Shown: piece after piece, positions 25,128 through 34,082 of the stretch
Layout: the number at the start of each line of letters is the position of its first letter
Position numbering within the stretch: the first letter of the stretch is position 1
Virus record (IMG/VR): IMGVR_UViG_3300031182_000003
DNA from: an uncultured virus (IMG/VR IMGVR_UViG_3300031182_000003)
Taxonomy: Duplodnaviria > Heunggongvirae > Uroviricota > Caudoviricetes
DNA: 59,124 nucleotides
Reading direction: 5' to 3' (one strand)
Translations under genes and position numbers: made by a program
Notes under the pieces: model-generated
Seen by the model: the letters and a program-made list of their open reading frames with translations, nothing else
Told to the model about the DNA's origin: nothing
The model's database searches: none

Positions 25128-25298
25128 TCAGTCCTCCACTCTTTCTTGATGCTTCTGAATCACGTCTTCGCCGAGTTCGCGAAGGCACCGAACGCAATGC
25201 GTGGGACGTGGCCGCTTACGGTCGATCCAATCGGAGACCATTCCGTAAATCATCCCCAACGAGATAATCAACGCAATCGCTGTAGGCCAATTCAGCAT
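25128..25298 (-). CDS. 56-aa membrane peptide (absent from the ORF track)
   Basis: AAGGAGG RBS; MLNWPTAIALIISLGMIYGMVSDW...HCVRC. Confidence 0.65.
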   Translation of the reverse strand: MLNWPTAIALIISLGMIYGMVSDWIDRKRPRPTHCVRCLRELGEDVIQKHQERVED

Positions 25299-25642
25299 AA
25301 TGTGTCCTCCTTGTTATCCTCGTCAATGTCATAAATGACAGGATCGACGGGCTCCTCTTTGGTAAGCCGTTGGCGTACTTCGTGATAGATCTTCAGATAC
25401 GCCAGAGGGATCGGCCCTTCATCCGGGATTTCCGCTGGCAGAGCGTAGCTCGGCGGTTCTTGCGCTTCGACGACAGGTAACGTCAGGCCGGGGATCGGCT
25501 TTTTCGACTCAAACATCAGCGTGAGGGTGCGTCGTCTGCTATCCACCGACATCACCATCGGCTTGCAATCCTCCGGGATACCAAGCAGGCGAGCCAGCGC
25601 CTCATCCGTTATTCTCACTTGACCGAGATTGCGAAGTTTCAT
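25292..25642 (-). CDS. Hypothetical protein
   Basis: GGAGGAG RBS before MKLRNLG. Confidence 0.7.
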   Translation of the reverse strand: MKLRNLGQVRITDEALARLLGIPEDCKPMVMSVDSRRRTLTLMFESKKPIPGLTLPVVEAQEPPSYALPAEIPDEGPIPLAYLKIYHEVRQRLTKEEPVDPVIYDIDEDNKEDTLC

Positions 25643-25899
25643 TTCCAAGTTCTCCTCCAATGCTGGTATCGAAAGGTCTTGCTGTTGATGCTGATGAAAA
25701 GGCTGAAATCTGAGAATAAAACGCCGAAGATAATGCATATCATAACACCATAGGTAATCCATGTTTCGGCGACATCCGGTACGGTGCCGAAGCTTTCCCA
25801 GATTTCAAGAATCAGATCGCTGATGAAGTGTGTGACCATTGCACACAACAACGTCAGAATAGTGAAGGACAGCAGGTAGCTTTTGATTGTTTTCCACAT
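25639..25899 (-). CDS. Small two-TM membrane protein
   Basis: AAGGAG RBS; two hydrophobic segments. Confidence 0.68.
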   Translation of the reverse strand: MWKTIKSYLLSFTILTLLCAMVTHFISDLILEIWESFGTVPDVAETWITYGVMICIIFGVLFSDFSLFISINSKTFRYQHWRRTWK

Positions 25900-25912
25900 C
25901 CATCGCCACTCC

Positions 25913-27022
25913 TTACTCATTGGAATAGATTGCGTGGTTGTATCGTTTCGTTGATTCCTCGTCGGCTTCAACGAAATACGCCATCTCGGGATACCCTTCA
26001 AAGAAGACACGGCCTTTGAATTTGGTGTATTTGTTCTTGGCGAACTTAACCTCGTAGACCGGTTGTTTTGCATCTTCGCCCGCCTTCTCGAAGTAGACGG
26101 ATGCCGCTTCGCCCTTCAACGATACTTCGTTGTAGCAGAGCATGATGGACTTCGCTTCATACTTAATTTTAACAGTCTCACGAATGTCATCAATGCCCGG
26201 TCTACGGAACCCGTTCAACTTCTTGAACTCGGCGGTACAGACAATGGGGATCTCAAACTGGTTCGCCATATCCGACACGAACTGTGCCAAATAGTCGTAC
26301 TTCTGCTTGTCGCCGCCCTGCGCTTCCTTCGCCTTCGTGGTAAGGTCATGGAAGTTGTCAATGAAGACGATGACTTTCCGATCCTCTCCCGCTTCCTTGA
26401 GCGCGATCATGTGGCGCTGAATGGTTTCCTTGATGTCCTCCACGTCAGTCGAATGGTTCTGGTCGTACGCCTTGTAACAATTGACCATGTCACGAAGCTT
26501 TTGAAGGCCGCGTTTGCGGCGCTCCAGCATCTTCGGAAACTTCTTGTACTGGCGCGGGCTCTTGACGGCGTTGATCAGCACTTTCATGCCGGATGCAATC
26601 ATCCGCGATAGCTTCTCGTCAATTGGATCATCAAGACTGAAGTCGATGACATAGACGTTGCGGTTCATTGTTGCAACGTTCCACGACATCTGGCTTATGA
26701 ATGAAGTCTTGCCGATGTTCGAGTCACCAGCGATGATATGGAAGCCCTTCTGCAAGCCGTTGAGCGCTCGATCAATGCCGACGAAACCTGTCGTGAATCC
26801 CTGATTATCCGGGCTCCATGATTTCTCCTCAAACTGGTTGAGGGTGTCCCACATCTCCCGCTCGTATTCCCGGAGATGGGCCGGGGCGTCTTGGATGTCT
26901 GCGTCTTTGTGGATCTTTTTAGACTTTGGAAGCACACTGGGATCAACAGCTCGCCAATAAGCTTCCTCCCAATGTGGCTGAGCGTAGTATTCAAAATCAT
27001 CTTTCCAAACCCTTTCCTGCAT
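25913..27022 (-). CDS. DnaB-family (SF4) replicative helicase, motor domain only
   Basis: GFTTGF..ID, IIAGDSNIGKT, DFSLDD, IVFIDNFHDL, KFAKNK. Confidence 0.87.
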   Translation of the reverse strand: MQERVWKDDFEYYAQPHWEEAYWRAVDPSVLPKSKKIHKDADIQDAPAHLREYEREMWDTLNQFEEKSWSPDNQGFTTGFVGIDRALNGLQKGFHIIAGDSNIGKTSFISQMSWNVATMNRNVYVIDFSLDDPIDEKLSRMIASGMKVLINAVKSPRQYKKFPKMLERRKRGLQKLRDMVNCYKAYDQNHSTDVEDIKETIQRHMIALKEAGEDRKVIVFIDNFHDLTTKAKEAQGGDKQKYDYLAQFVSDMANQFEIPIVCTAEFKKLNGFRRPGIDDIRETVKIKYEAKSIMLCYNEVSLKGEAASVYFEKAGEDAKQPVYEVKFAKNKYTKFKGRVFFEGYPEMAYFVEADEESTKRYNHAIYSNE

Positions 27023-27032
27023 GGTATGCCCC

Positions 27033-28070
27033 CTAACGGTTCCTGCCGATCTTACATTCGTTCTTCAAGCATGTTCCGAGTTGCTCCAGCGTTGAGCATC
27101 CGTAAACGTAGTCTCGATTGAAGATGCTCTCGAATGTTCGTTCAAGTTCCCGCTTGGGTAGGCCAGCATACTTGTTATTCCATTCCTGAAGCTTGTTCCA
27201 GCTTTTCTTTTTGCTGTAGCCGCGCTGTCGGAAGTAGCTGGTAAGGGCCGCCGCCGTATTGTTGCGTGAGCCCGGCATACACTGGCGGTTGAGGATTGAT
27301 TCGATACAAGGCGGGCAGAAATTCAGTTTGCGGTCGCCGCGCTGATTTTCACGCTTCGCCTTTTCCTCCTTCTCCTTCTCCCAAGATTCTATGTACGAAC
27401 GAAACACTCGATTCGCCTTGGTGTTGTATCGAGGCTCGGTGTATTCGATGTGACGTGGTTTCTGTGCTAACTTTTTGACCTTGTCAAATGTGAGAGTGCG
27501 AAGCTCGTCGAAGGTCAATGGAATCTTGTATCGACCCGTTTCCGGGTGGATTCCGCCCGGCAGGGAAAACAGCCGTGCGTTGTCGTAGATACGAAGGTCA
27601 ACCGTTTTGTACCGCGTCATGCGATGCGCTTCGTTGGCGACCAGATGGAAGATGTGGTTTAGTTCCTTCATCGGCGTGATGCCGAGGATCTGGTACGGAA
27701 CAATGATGTGAATCCCTTTCTGGCCACTGTAGTAAATATGGATCATGGATTCGTCAATGTGGAAGATTGCGGCGAAGAAGCTGACGACCTTAATGGCATC
27801 GTCACGAATCTTCTCGAATGCCATATGAGCAACGCTTGGGTCTTTCAGATCGTCAATATCGAGGTCGATATACAGATCCCCAATCAGCAAGCTGTTGGTT
27901 TTGTCCTCTGCATTTTCGTACCGGTAGGCCGATACGTAGACGCCGGTGTTCTTGTGCTTTTTGCGTATTTTGGGAATCTCGCTGACATGCATGAAGATGT
28001 TGCGAGTGAACGCCCCGGACGAAAACCGCACACCGACTTCAACCTGATCGAGTTCTTTTCTTTCGGACAA
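27033..28070 (-). CDS. Archaeo-eukaryotic primase (AEP) with PriCT/PriL-like C-terminal domain
   Basis: LYIDLD, YYSGQKGIH, VDLRIYDNARLFSLP, PPCI...GSRNN; GGAGGG RBS before TTG. Confidence 0.85.
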   Translation of the reverse strand: MSERKELDQVEVGVRFSSGAFTRNIFMHVSEIPKIRKKHKNTGVYVSAYRYENAEDKTNSLLIGDLYIDLDIDDLKDPSVAHMAFEKIRDDAIKVVSFFAAIFHIDESMIHIYYSGQKGIHIIVPYQILGITPMKELNHIFHLVANEAHRMTRYKTVDLRIYDNARLFSLPGGIHPETGRYKIPLTFDELRTLTFDKVKKLAQKPRHIEYTEPRYNTKANRVFRSYIESWEKEKEEKAKRENQRGDRKLNFCPPCIESILNRQCMPGSRNNTAAALTSYFRQRGYSKKKSWNKLQEWNNKYAGLPKRELERTFESIFNRDYVYGCSTLEQLGTCLKNECKIGRNR

Positions 28071-28716
28071 CTTTGTTCCCTCCAGACAGGACGGCCTCCG
28101 TTTCCTTGAGGTCGCGGATCTCCATCGCTTCCCGGACATATTTGCGGATATCCATAGGTGTTGATGGAGCAGGCTTGTCCTCGGATAAGCAGGTGTTGGC
28201 GGCCACGTCAATCATGAACAGGATGATTTCGATGTCGATCATCTTGAGAAGCCATTGAAATGCACCTGCATATCGGGCGCGTTCCTGCTTGTGAAGCTTG
28301 ATCCGAAATTGCTTGCAATAGTAGTCGATCAAGTCGTCCATCGTAAAGCAGGCCCGCATCTCCAAGAAATAAGGCTCGCTGATGTTGATGATTTCGCCGG
28401 AGTCTATATCAATCTCCCTGCGCGGCGGCTTGCAGGTGATGCGCAGGACGTTGTGATAGTAGAAGACATCCGGGTCGAGCAGATTCTTCTGCGGCGGTTT
28501 GCGGCCTGAAAACAGACGGGACACCTTGAGTGTTTTCAGGTCAGGATGTTTCCGTTTGATGTCGCGGAAGCGTCGGGTGATATCAACGGAACACCATCCA
28601 TACCGGAGAACCTTCTTGATCTCGTTATGGATGGTTTGCTTTTCCTTCTTATTCAGTTTTTCGCCCGGGAAGAATCTGTCCATATAATCATACACGAGGT
28701 CGAAAACGGATGTCAT
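28039..28716 (-). CDS. Hypothetical replication-module protein
   Basis: 225-aa ORF between Sak and the primase. Confidence 0.75.
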   Translation of the reverse strand: MTSVFDLVYDYMDRFFPGEKLNKKEKQTIHNEIKKVLRYGWCSVDITRRFRDIKRKHPDLKTLKVSRLFSGRKPPQKNLLDPDVFYYHNVLRITCKPPRREIDIDSGEIINISEPYFLEMRACFTMDDLIDYYCKQFRIKLHKQERARYAGAFQWLLKMIDIEIILFMIDVAANTCLSEDKPAPSTPMDIRKYVREAMEIRDLKETEAVLSGGNKVVRKKRTRSG

Positions 28717-28741
28717 TATTCTTCCCAACTCCTACAAGTAT

Positions 28742-28769
28742 CGGGTGAGGATTTTGATATCCCCACCCG
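28742..28769 (-). other. Intergenic stem-loop within the replication operon
   Basis: CGGGTGAGGAT-N6-ATCCCCACCCG (one G-U on the minus strand); no clear U-tract. Confidence 0.5.
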
Positions 28770-28789
28770 CTACAGTATTGTCGTATTCG

Positions 28790-29536
28790 TCAGAAGTCCT
28801 CAAATTCCTCTTTGTTTTTCTCGAAGTATTTGAAGAACTTCCGCCATTGCGCCTCATCCATCTCATCCGGGTCAAGGATTTCCTCGTTCCAGATTTGCAG
28901 GAAGGCGACAAGGTCATCGTCGGACTCCAGTTCATAGGCGGCCCTCAGTTCTTTGATCTGATTCCGAAGATCCTTGGGCAGATAATCAGACTCAGATTCG
29001 TCAGACTTGGCCTTATCCTTTCCTTTGTCCTTCTTCTTTTTCTTCTTGTTCTTCTCTACTTCCTTGCGCTTCTCCTCGATGACCTCCTCCACTTCGGTCT
29101 CGAAGATCGGCTGATCCCAATCGTCATCGCCGACGTTCGGCGCAAGTCCCATTTCCTTGCACGCATTCTTCAGCGCGTAGGTTTTGGCCGCCGCCAGCGC
29201 GTTCTGATTGTTACCCTTGTTGAGTGGACAACTGCCGATGCCGGTATGTACGCCGTAGCCGGGCACGATCAGCAGGCCAATGAACTCGACGTAAGAGCCC
29301 TTGCCATCTCCCTTCTCGTTATACGAGAGCGGGAGGAACGACCATTTGTACCCGGAGATTTTGTTCAGAATCTTCTTGTACACCGACTCCGGCACGTATT
29401 CGGAGTTGTTGGCGTATTTGTTCTTTTTCATCAAATCCTCGTTGATGGGCTCATCCACGAGTTTGCGGAGGTTGCTCGGCACTTCGACGTTGAACACATC
29501 CATCAACGTGCCGAAATTCATAGGCAACTGGTTCAT
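28790..29536 (-). CDS. Rad52/Rad22-family (Sak-like) ssDNA-annealing protein
   Basis: YVP..VYKKILNKISGYKWSF...TGIG...AAAKTYALKNACKEMGL; acidic/basic tail. Confidence 0.75.
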   Translation of the reverse strand: MNQLPMNFGTLMDVFNVEVPSNLRKLVDEPINEDLMKKNKYANNSEYVPESVYKKILNKISGYKWSFLPLSYNEKGDGKGSYVEFIGLLIVPGYGVHTGIGSCPLNKGNNQNALAAAKTYALKNACKEMGLAPNVGDDDWDQPIFETEVEEVIEEKRKEVEKNKKKKKKDKGKDKAKSDESESDYLPKDLRNQIKELRAAYELESDDDLVAFLQIWNEEILDPDEMDEAQWRKFFKYFEKNKEEFEDF

Positions 29537-29564
29537 AGACGGCCTCCTTTGCTATATATGTCTA

Positions 29565-29593
29565 ATTATACTCTATTGTAACCCTTTCGGCAA
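29565..29593 (-). promoter_or_regulatory. Strong sigmaA promoter of the replication/recombination operon
   Basis: TTGCCG-N17-TATAAT with AT-rich upstream element; AAAGGAGG RBS downstream. Confidence 0.78.
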
Positions 29594-29609
29594 TCGAGTA
29601 TGTTACAAT
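29575..29609. promoter_or_regulatory. Inverted-repeat operator flanking the -35 box
   Basis: ATTGTAAC-N19-GTTACAAT. Confidence 0.5.
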
Positions 29610-29625
29610 TATCAATAAAATAATT

Positions 29626-29651
29626 GACAGCCCTCGTCGCCGAAGGCTGTC
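29626..29651 (-). terminator. Intrinsic terminator ending the structural/lysis transcript
   Basis: GACAGCCTTCG-loop-CGAGGGCTGTC followed by AATTATTTTATT on the minus strand. Confidence 0.7.
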
Positions 29652-29656
29652 GTTGT

Positions 29657-29971
29657 TTAGATGGTCGGTCGTCCTCTGTCGTCTTCGTCCAAAGAACGCT
29701 CGATAGTTGTCGGACTGTAAGGTTCTCCGCGATACGGGAGCCGGTCGTTCATCCGGCTCGCGAAGCTTTCAGCAATGTTTGCGCCCGCGATGGCGGTGAT
29801 GAGCGCAATTAAAAGCTGAAGCATGTTCGTGGAGAAGTCACCCGCATCTACGTACTTGTACGCGGCAATCGCCGAGAAGAAGTACAGCAGAATAATCATT
29901 GCGCTGACGCGCGTTTCGTCGATGGAAAAACCGTCGCGCCAGAAGCTATTGCTTTTATTCTTCTTCTTCAT
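29657..29971 (-). CDS. Holin-like two-TM membrane protein
   Basis: Basic N-terminus, two TMs, charged tail; last gene of the late cluster. Confidence 0.55.
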   Translation of the reverse strand: MKKKNKSNSFWRDGFSIDETRVSAMIILLYFFSAIAAYKYVDAGDFSTNMLQLLIALITAIAGANIAESFASRMNDRLPYRGEPYSPTTIERSLDEDDRGRPTI

Positions 29972-30227
29972 CGTCGATCACCAGCCCGGCTTTGATACAA
30001 ATCGCTTCGATCTTCAGCAACCTGCGGTTGGCCGCCATGAGTTCGTCTTCCAGTTCGTCAACACGATTGCGGAGTTCTTTGTTCTCCTTGATGATCGTGT
30101 CCCGGAAGTCTTTTTCGGCCTTCGCCAGAGAGCCTTTGCGAGTGCCGAGAAAACCGAGAACCGCACCAGCAATTGTTCCTACGCCGCCAATGAGAGCAAC
30201 GATTACTTCAGTCGCCACGTTGCTCAC
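29955..30227 (-). CDS. Holin-like single-TM plus coiled-coil protein
   Basis: VIVALIGGVGTIAGAVLGFLG then a heptad coiled coil (alternative GTG start at 30218). Confidence 0.6.
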   Translation of the reverse strand: MSNVATEVIVALIGGVGTIAGAVLGFLGTRKGSLAKAEKDFRDTIIKENKELRNRVDELEDELMAANRRLLKIEAICIKAGLVIDDEEEE

Positions 30228-30606
30228 CTACTTTATAGCACACGTAGGATGTCAGGCAAAACACAATGAAGTACGTGCCCGTCGCGGTTGTCGCAATGTT
30301 TCCTACTGCAAACATGGCGGCGACGAACAACCAAAGTCCCGCTGAGATACTGTGTGCTACAATTCTGATGCGAAATTTCTCGAAGATCATGCCGTACAAC
30401 TTCATAGCCGCGAGTACGAAGAAGACGAGTGACCACACCTCCTCTTTTGCAATTTTCGCCATCGCCGCATAAGAGGGGCTGGAGTCGAATGTCGTCAGCG
30501 GCAGGACAAGAATGAATGCCCACCACAAGGACAATGCGATAAGCGATGTTTCGATCACTTTGACATTGTCCAAGAATGGCTGGAGCCATCGTTTCAAACG
30601 ATGCAT
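30208..30606 (-). CDS. Four-TM membrane protein (lysis-region)
   Basis: Four hydrophobic segments; GAGGGG RBS. Confidence 0.7.
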   Translation of the reverse strand: MHRLKRWLQPFLDNVKVIETSLIALSLWWAFILVLPLTTFDSSPSYAAMAKIAKEEVWSLVFFVLAAMKLYGMIFEKFRIRIVAHSISAGLWLFVAAMFAVGNIATTATGTYFIVFCLTSYVCYKVGEQRGD

Positions 30607-30630
30607 GGGGATAACCCCCTCTACGGTAAA

Positions 30631-31830
30631 CTACGAATCGCCTTTATACAGCAACTCGACAGCAGAGAGTGTTGGGGTTGCTCGTGTATTTCGGTCGATA
30701 CTCATGATACCCTTGAGCAGAACCTTGTTCCTCTTGACTTGGATCGGGAAGGTGTCGTTGAGGTAATGGAGCTTTCCATTCTCATCGACCTCATAGACCT
30801 TGAATGTCAAAAGCCTCGTACCCGTTTGGTGAACCGACAATGCCGTTTCGTTTTGGTATATCGGATTGATCCCCACGATCTCTTTGTTGATGAACGCAGG
30901 GTTGAACTCCACCGGAATTTCAAACCGCCCAATGCCGGACTGGTAATCGTGATAGAACACGCCAATCTCTCGAAGCCCCATATGGAACACGGTTTTGTTG
31001 CCTTTCTGGATAGCGTGCCGTTGACGAAGCGTGATGCGGATTTCTTTCATGGCGGTCGGGCTGAAGCACAACTTGACGTTGCCCGCATCATCAATCGGAG
31101 TAAAGCCCGGAACCGTCTTCCACCCGCCGTTCAGGTGGTATTCGACGTTGCGAATGTCCACCGCACGGAGCGGGAATGGATGTATGTATATCGTGTTCAC
31201 ATCGCGGCTAGAGATGATGTTATCCGGCAAGGTAATCGTGATTTGACATTCCACCTCGTTCTTGAGGCCGGAGAAGTACACATACTTGCGATGCCAGAAC
31301 TTAAACTCGTCCGGCGTCAGCGCGTTGATGAAGTCATTCTCCTGAATGTCGAATCCGTTCGCCTCCGGGGTGATCGAATATTTCAGCGTGTTTGGCACGA
31401 TGTACTCACGATTGACATCGTCATAAATGTAAAGCTTGGAACCTGAACGATCCGAAGCGGGAAGTGTTACGATGTCATGTTGGGCGTCAACAAAGGCCCG
31501 CTCGTATTCGGGAACAGACTCATCCGCGCGTATGTCCGTGACGAATAACGTCTTGGTGTAGACTTCGCCCGGCCTCTGTGCGGCATAAAGGTCTTCTTGA
31601 AGCGACCTCACCAGATTGCGCATTTGATCCATTTGATCCTGCGCAAAGTGGGATCCGACTTCAAAGAACTCACGAATACGCTGGATCTCCCGTTCCTGCT
31701 CGTTGGCGATGTTGAACAATTCCGTGAGATCGTAAAAAACGCTTTGCGTGTGGCTGTTGAACCTGCTGGACTCAGCAGAGTCACGAAAACGGACAGTGTG
31801 CTGTTGGTACTGAGGGGCTTTTGACATCAT
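30631..31830 (-). CDS. Putative virion structural protein (paralog family)
   Basis: Helical N-terminus, beta-rich body, C-terminal TPTLSAVEL. Confidence 0.72.
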   Translation of the reverse strand: MMSKAPQYQQHTVRFRDSAESSRFNSHTQSVFYDLTELFNIANEQEREIQRIREFFEVGSHFAQDQMDQMRNLVRSLQEDLYAAQRPGEVYTKTLFVTDIRADESVPEYERAFVDAQHDIVTLPASDRSGSKLYIYDDVNREYIVPNTLKYSITPEANGFDIQENDFINALTPDEFKFWHRKYVYFSGLKNEVECQITITLPDNIISSRDVNTIYIHPFPLRAVDIRNVEYHLNGGWKTVPGFTPIDDAGNVKLCFSPTAMKEIRITLRQRHAIQKGNKTVFHMGLREIGVFYHDYQSGIGRFEIPVEFNPAFINKEIVGINPIYQNETALSVHQTGTRLLTFKVYEVDENGKLHYLNDTFPIQVKRNKVLLKGIMSIDRNTRATPTLSAVELLYKGDS

Positions 31831-32072
31831 AGTTCACCTCCTTTCATGGTCTTCACTTGGTTCATCACCTGCTTAGTGGTAAGCGGAATAGCGTTGTCGT
31901 ACTCCTCAATAACCTTACCCATCAGCGACCGGATGTTGGCCGCGCGGTCAGCGAACTCGGCTTTGAGGATTTCGATAGAGTGCCCGATATCAAGAGCCTG
32001 ACCGGATTGCTTAGCGCTTTCCATCGGCCCCCGATAGCGGGCGTTGGTTTTGACCATTTCAGGGTATCGCAT
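31827..32072 (-). CDS. Small putative virion protein
   Basis: RYRGPMES motif like the N-termini of its neighbours; GGAGG RBS. Confidence 0.7.
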   Translation of the reverse strand: MRYPEMVKTNARYRGPMESAKQSGQALDIGHSIEILKAEFADRAANIRSLMGKVIEEYDNAIPLTTKQVMNQVKTMKGGEL

Positions 32073-32090
32073 GGCTTAACCTCCCGCCCG

Positions 32091-34082
32091 CTATTCGATC
32101 ACCAGCTTGTAATCTTTCAGGCGCGGGGAGGCCGAACTATTCGGATCCTCCTTCGACAAGATCGCCATAAAGCGCAACTGGTGATTCGTCTGCGGAGAAA
32201 CGCTGTAATTGTACGTCAGCGAATATTCGACCCCATGCCGCCGGATGTCCATTTCTTTAGGATTGTAGTTGACGATAATATTCCAATCATCATCAACCGC
32301 AAACCGGTTGTGAAGCCGAATGCTGGTATTGTTGAGCAGATCGTACAGAGAAACCTCTTGAAGCGACTGATTGTTTGCATAGATTCGGTCGCTGATTTCC
32401 CGCAGATACAGATTGAAGATGATTTCCTGTGCTTCCTTGCGGGAGTATGTCAGCACCTCAATTTTGTTCCATCCCGGTCGAAACGGCAGTTGGTAGATGT
32501 TGTTCACAGACTTGACTTGGTTGTTGTTTACAAGGATCGCGAGTGAAGCGTCGGCATCGACATGAACGTCGGCGTTGTACCTCAGCGACTCCTCAAGGTA
32601 GACGTAGGTCGTGTATCGTTGGAACGTATCCTTCGCCAAAATGTCCTGATAGTTGTCGATGTTCATGTATTCCTTGCTCGCGCTTCCTGCCCGGATCCAA
32701 TCCCGGATGCTTGTTTGGTAAACCGATCCGTCTTCCGGGTTCGATACTTCCGCCGGGATCGTCTCCTTCAGCCACATATGACGCCCCATCAGCAATTGAA
32801 TGCTTTTGGTGAGCGGCTTGAAAGGAAGTTTGGCAATCCGGTAATAATTGTGGCCGAACTTTGTATAAAGCTGGTCGCCATACCCATCGACATAAGAGTC
32901 AATCTCCATCCGGTAGGCTTGTACCATCTTCATTTCGACGGGTCGGTTCTTTTCGATCTCATGCCATTCGATGACATTGTCACCATAGTCCATACCTACA
33001 TAATACCGTATATTCGTTCCGGGTGGAATATAATCGTCGGCCTCCAAATGAATATAGTCGATGGCCTCGTGATGATGGATCGGATACGGCTTGGAAACAA
33101 AGTACCCTTCGCTCAGATATTGCTCCTCACGTACCTCGATGCTCTTGGCCCCGAAAATATATCCGTACTCCGACGCATCCATGCTGTCTTCCTCACCCTT
33201 TTCCATACGGAAGCGGATGTGTTGAAACGCGGTGCGGTCAAATACCCATTGGTAACTGGATACAACCCGGCGCGTCTCATATTCCACAAAGTTATCCCCA
33301 TCTGTGGACAAATACAGCGTCACCAACATCGGCCTGCCGCATTGTGCATCAATGCTGATATTGGTAGCGTACAACGGCGCATCCAGCGAAATTGTAAGCT
33401 CTCCGATTGCGCCGCTCGCTTCAGGGGACAGAATGATCGACCGCCATGCTTCGTTCAAATTATCCACAAGACATCCACGTATTGGGGATAAGTGAACGAC
33501 GCGGGCACCATCTGTCAGTGTCTTGAAGCTCACGCGAGCCGATGAAAGATCGTGCTTTGTCGTCTGCTGTGCGACTTTATCGAGGTGGACTTCGCTGTGC
33601 CGCAGATCGACAAATGCCGTCGTCCTCGGAAGATTGCGCACCGTGTCGCCCTTGAACTCGACCTTGGAGAAATCATTGATGTTGTCGGACAGCACGTCGC
33701 GGTTCAAATGCGACCGACTTCGATGAAGCAACGTCTCCGTTTTCAACTCAATGCGTTTCAGTTCCCGGTCGATGCGGATCCGATTCGACTCATAGTAATT
33801 GGACAGCGCCATAATGCGATTGTTCAGCCGCCGGACTTCCTCGAAAGATGTGATGAGGTCGTCTTCTGCTTCGGCGAACATCGCATTGTAGGCGTCCGTG
33901 TCTGACGCTTTGCCTTTGTTCATAGGCCGGTATGTAAAACGCGGCAATCCCAACCGCCGCGTTTCTACAATCCTCGCAAGCTTTTCCTCAATGGCAGATA
34001 AGCTTGGAAACTGGCCCTGTCGCAGTTCTTCCAGAATGAGCTTTTGCCGAATCAGATCCTCCTGAGTCTCCTTGATACCCAT
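32091..34082 (-). CDS. Putative virion structural protein (663 aa, paralog family)
   Basis: Same layout as neighbours; C-terminal SPRLKDYKL. Confidence 0.75.
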   Translation of the reverse strand: MGIKETQEDLIRQKLILEELRQGQFPSLSAIEEKLARIVETRRLGLPRFTYRPMNKGKASDTDAYNAMFAEAEDDLITSFEEVRRLNNRIMALSNYYESNRIRIDRELKRIELKTETLLHRSRSHLNRDVLSDNINDFSKVEFKGDTVRNLPRTTAFVDLRHSEVHLDKVAQQTTKHDLSSARVSFKTLTDGARVVHLSPIRGCLVDNLNEAWRSIILSPEASGAIGELTISLDAPLYATNISIDAQCGRPMLVTLYLSTDGDNFVEYETRRVVSSYQWVFDRTAFQHIRFRMEKGEEDSMDASEYGYIFGAKSIEVREEQYLSEGYFVSKPYPIHHHEAIDYIHLEADDYIPPGTNIRYYVGMDYGDNVIEWHEIEKNRPVEMKMVQAYRMEIDSYVDGYGDQLYTKFGHNYYRIAKLPFKPLTKSIQLLMGRHMWLKETIPAEVSNPEDGSVYQTSIRDWIRAGSASKEYMNIDNYQDILAKDTFQRYTTYVYLEESLRYNADVHVDADASLAILVNNNQVKSVNNIYQLPFRPGWNKIEVLTYSRKEAQEIIFNLYLREISDRIYANNQSLQEVSLYDLLNNTSIRLHNRFAVDDDWNIIVNYNPKEMDIRRHGVEYSLTYNYSVSPQTNHQLRFMAILSKEDPNSSASPRLKDYKLVIE

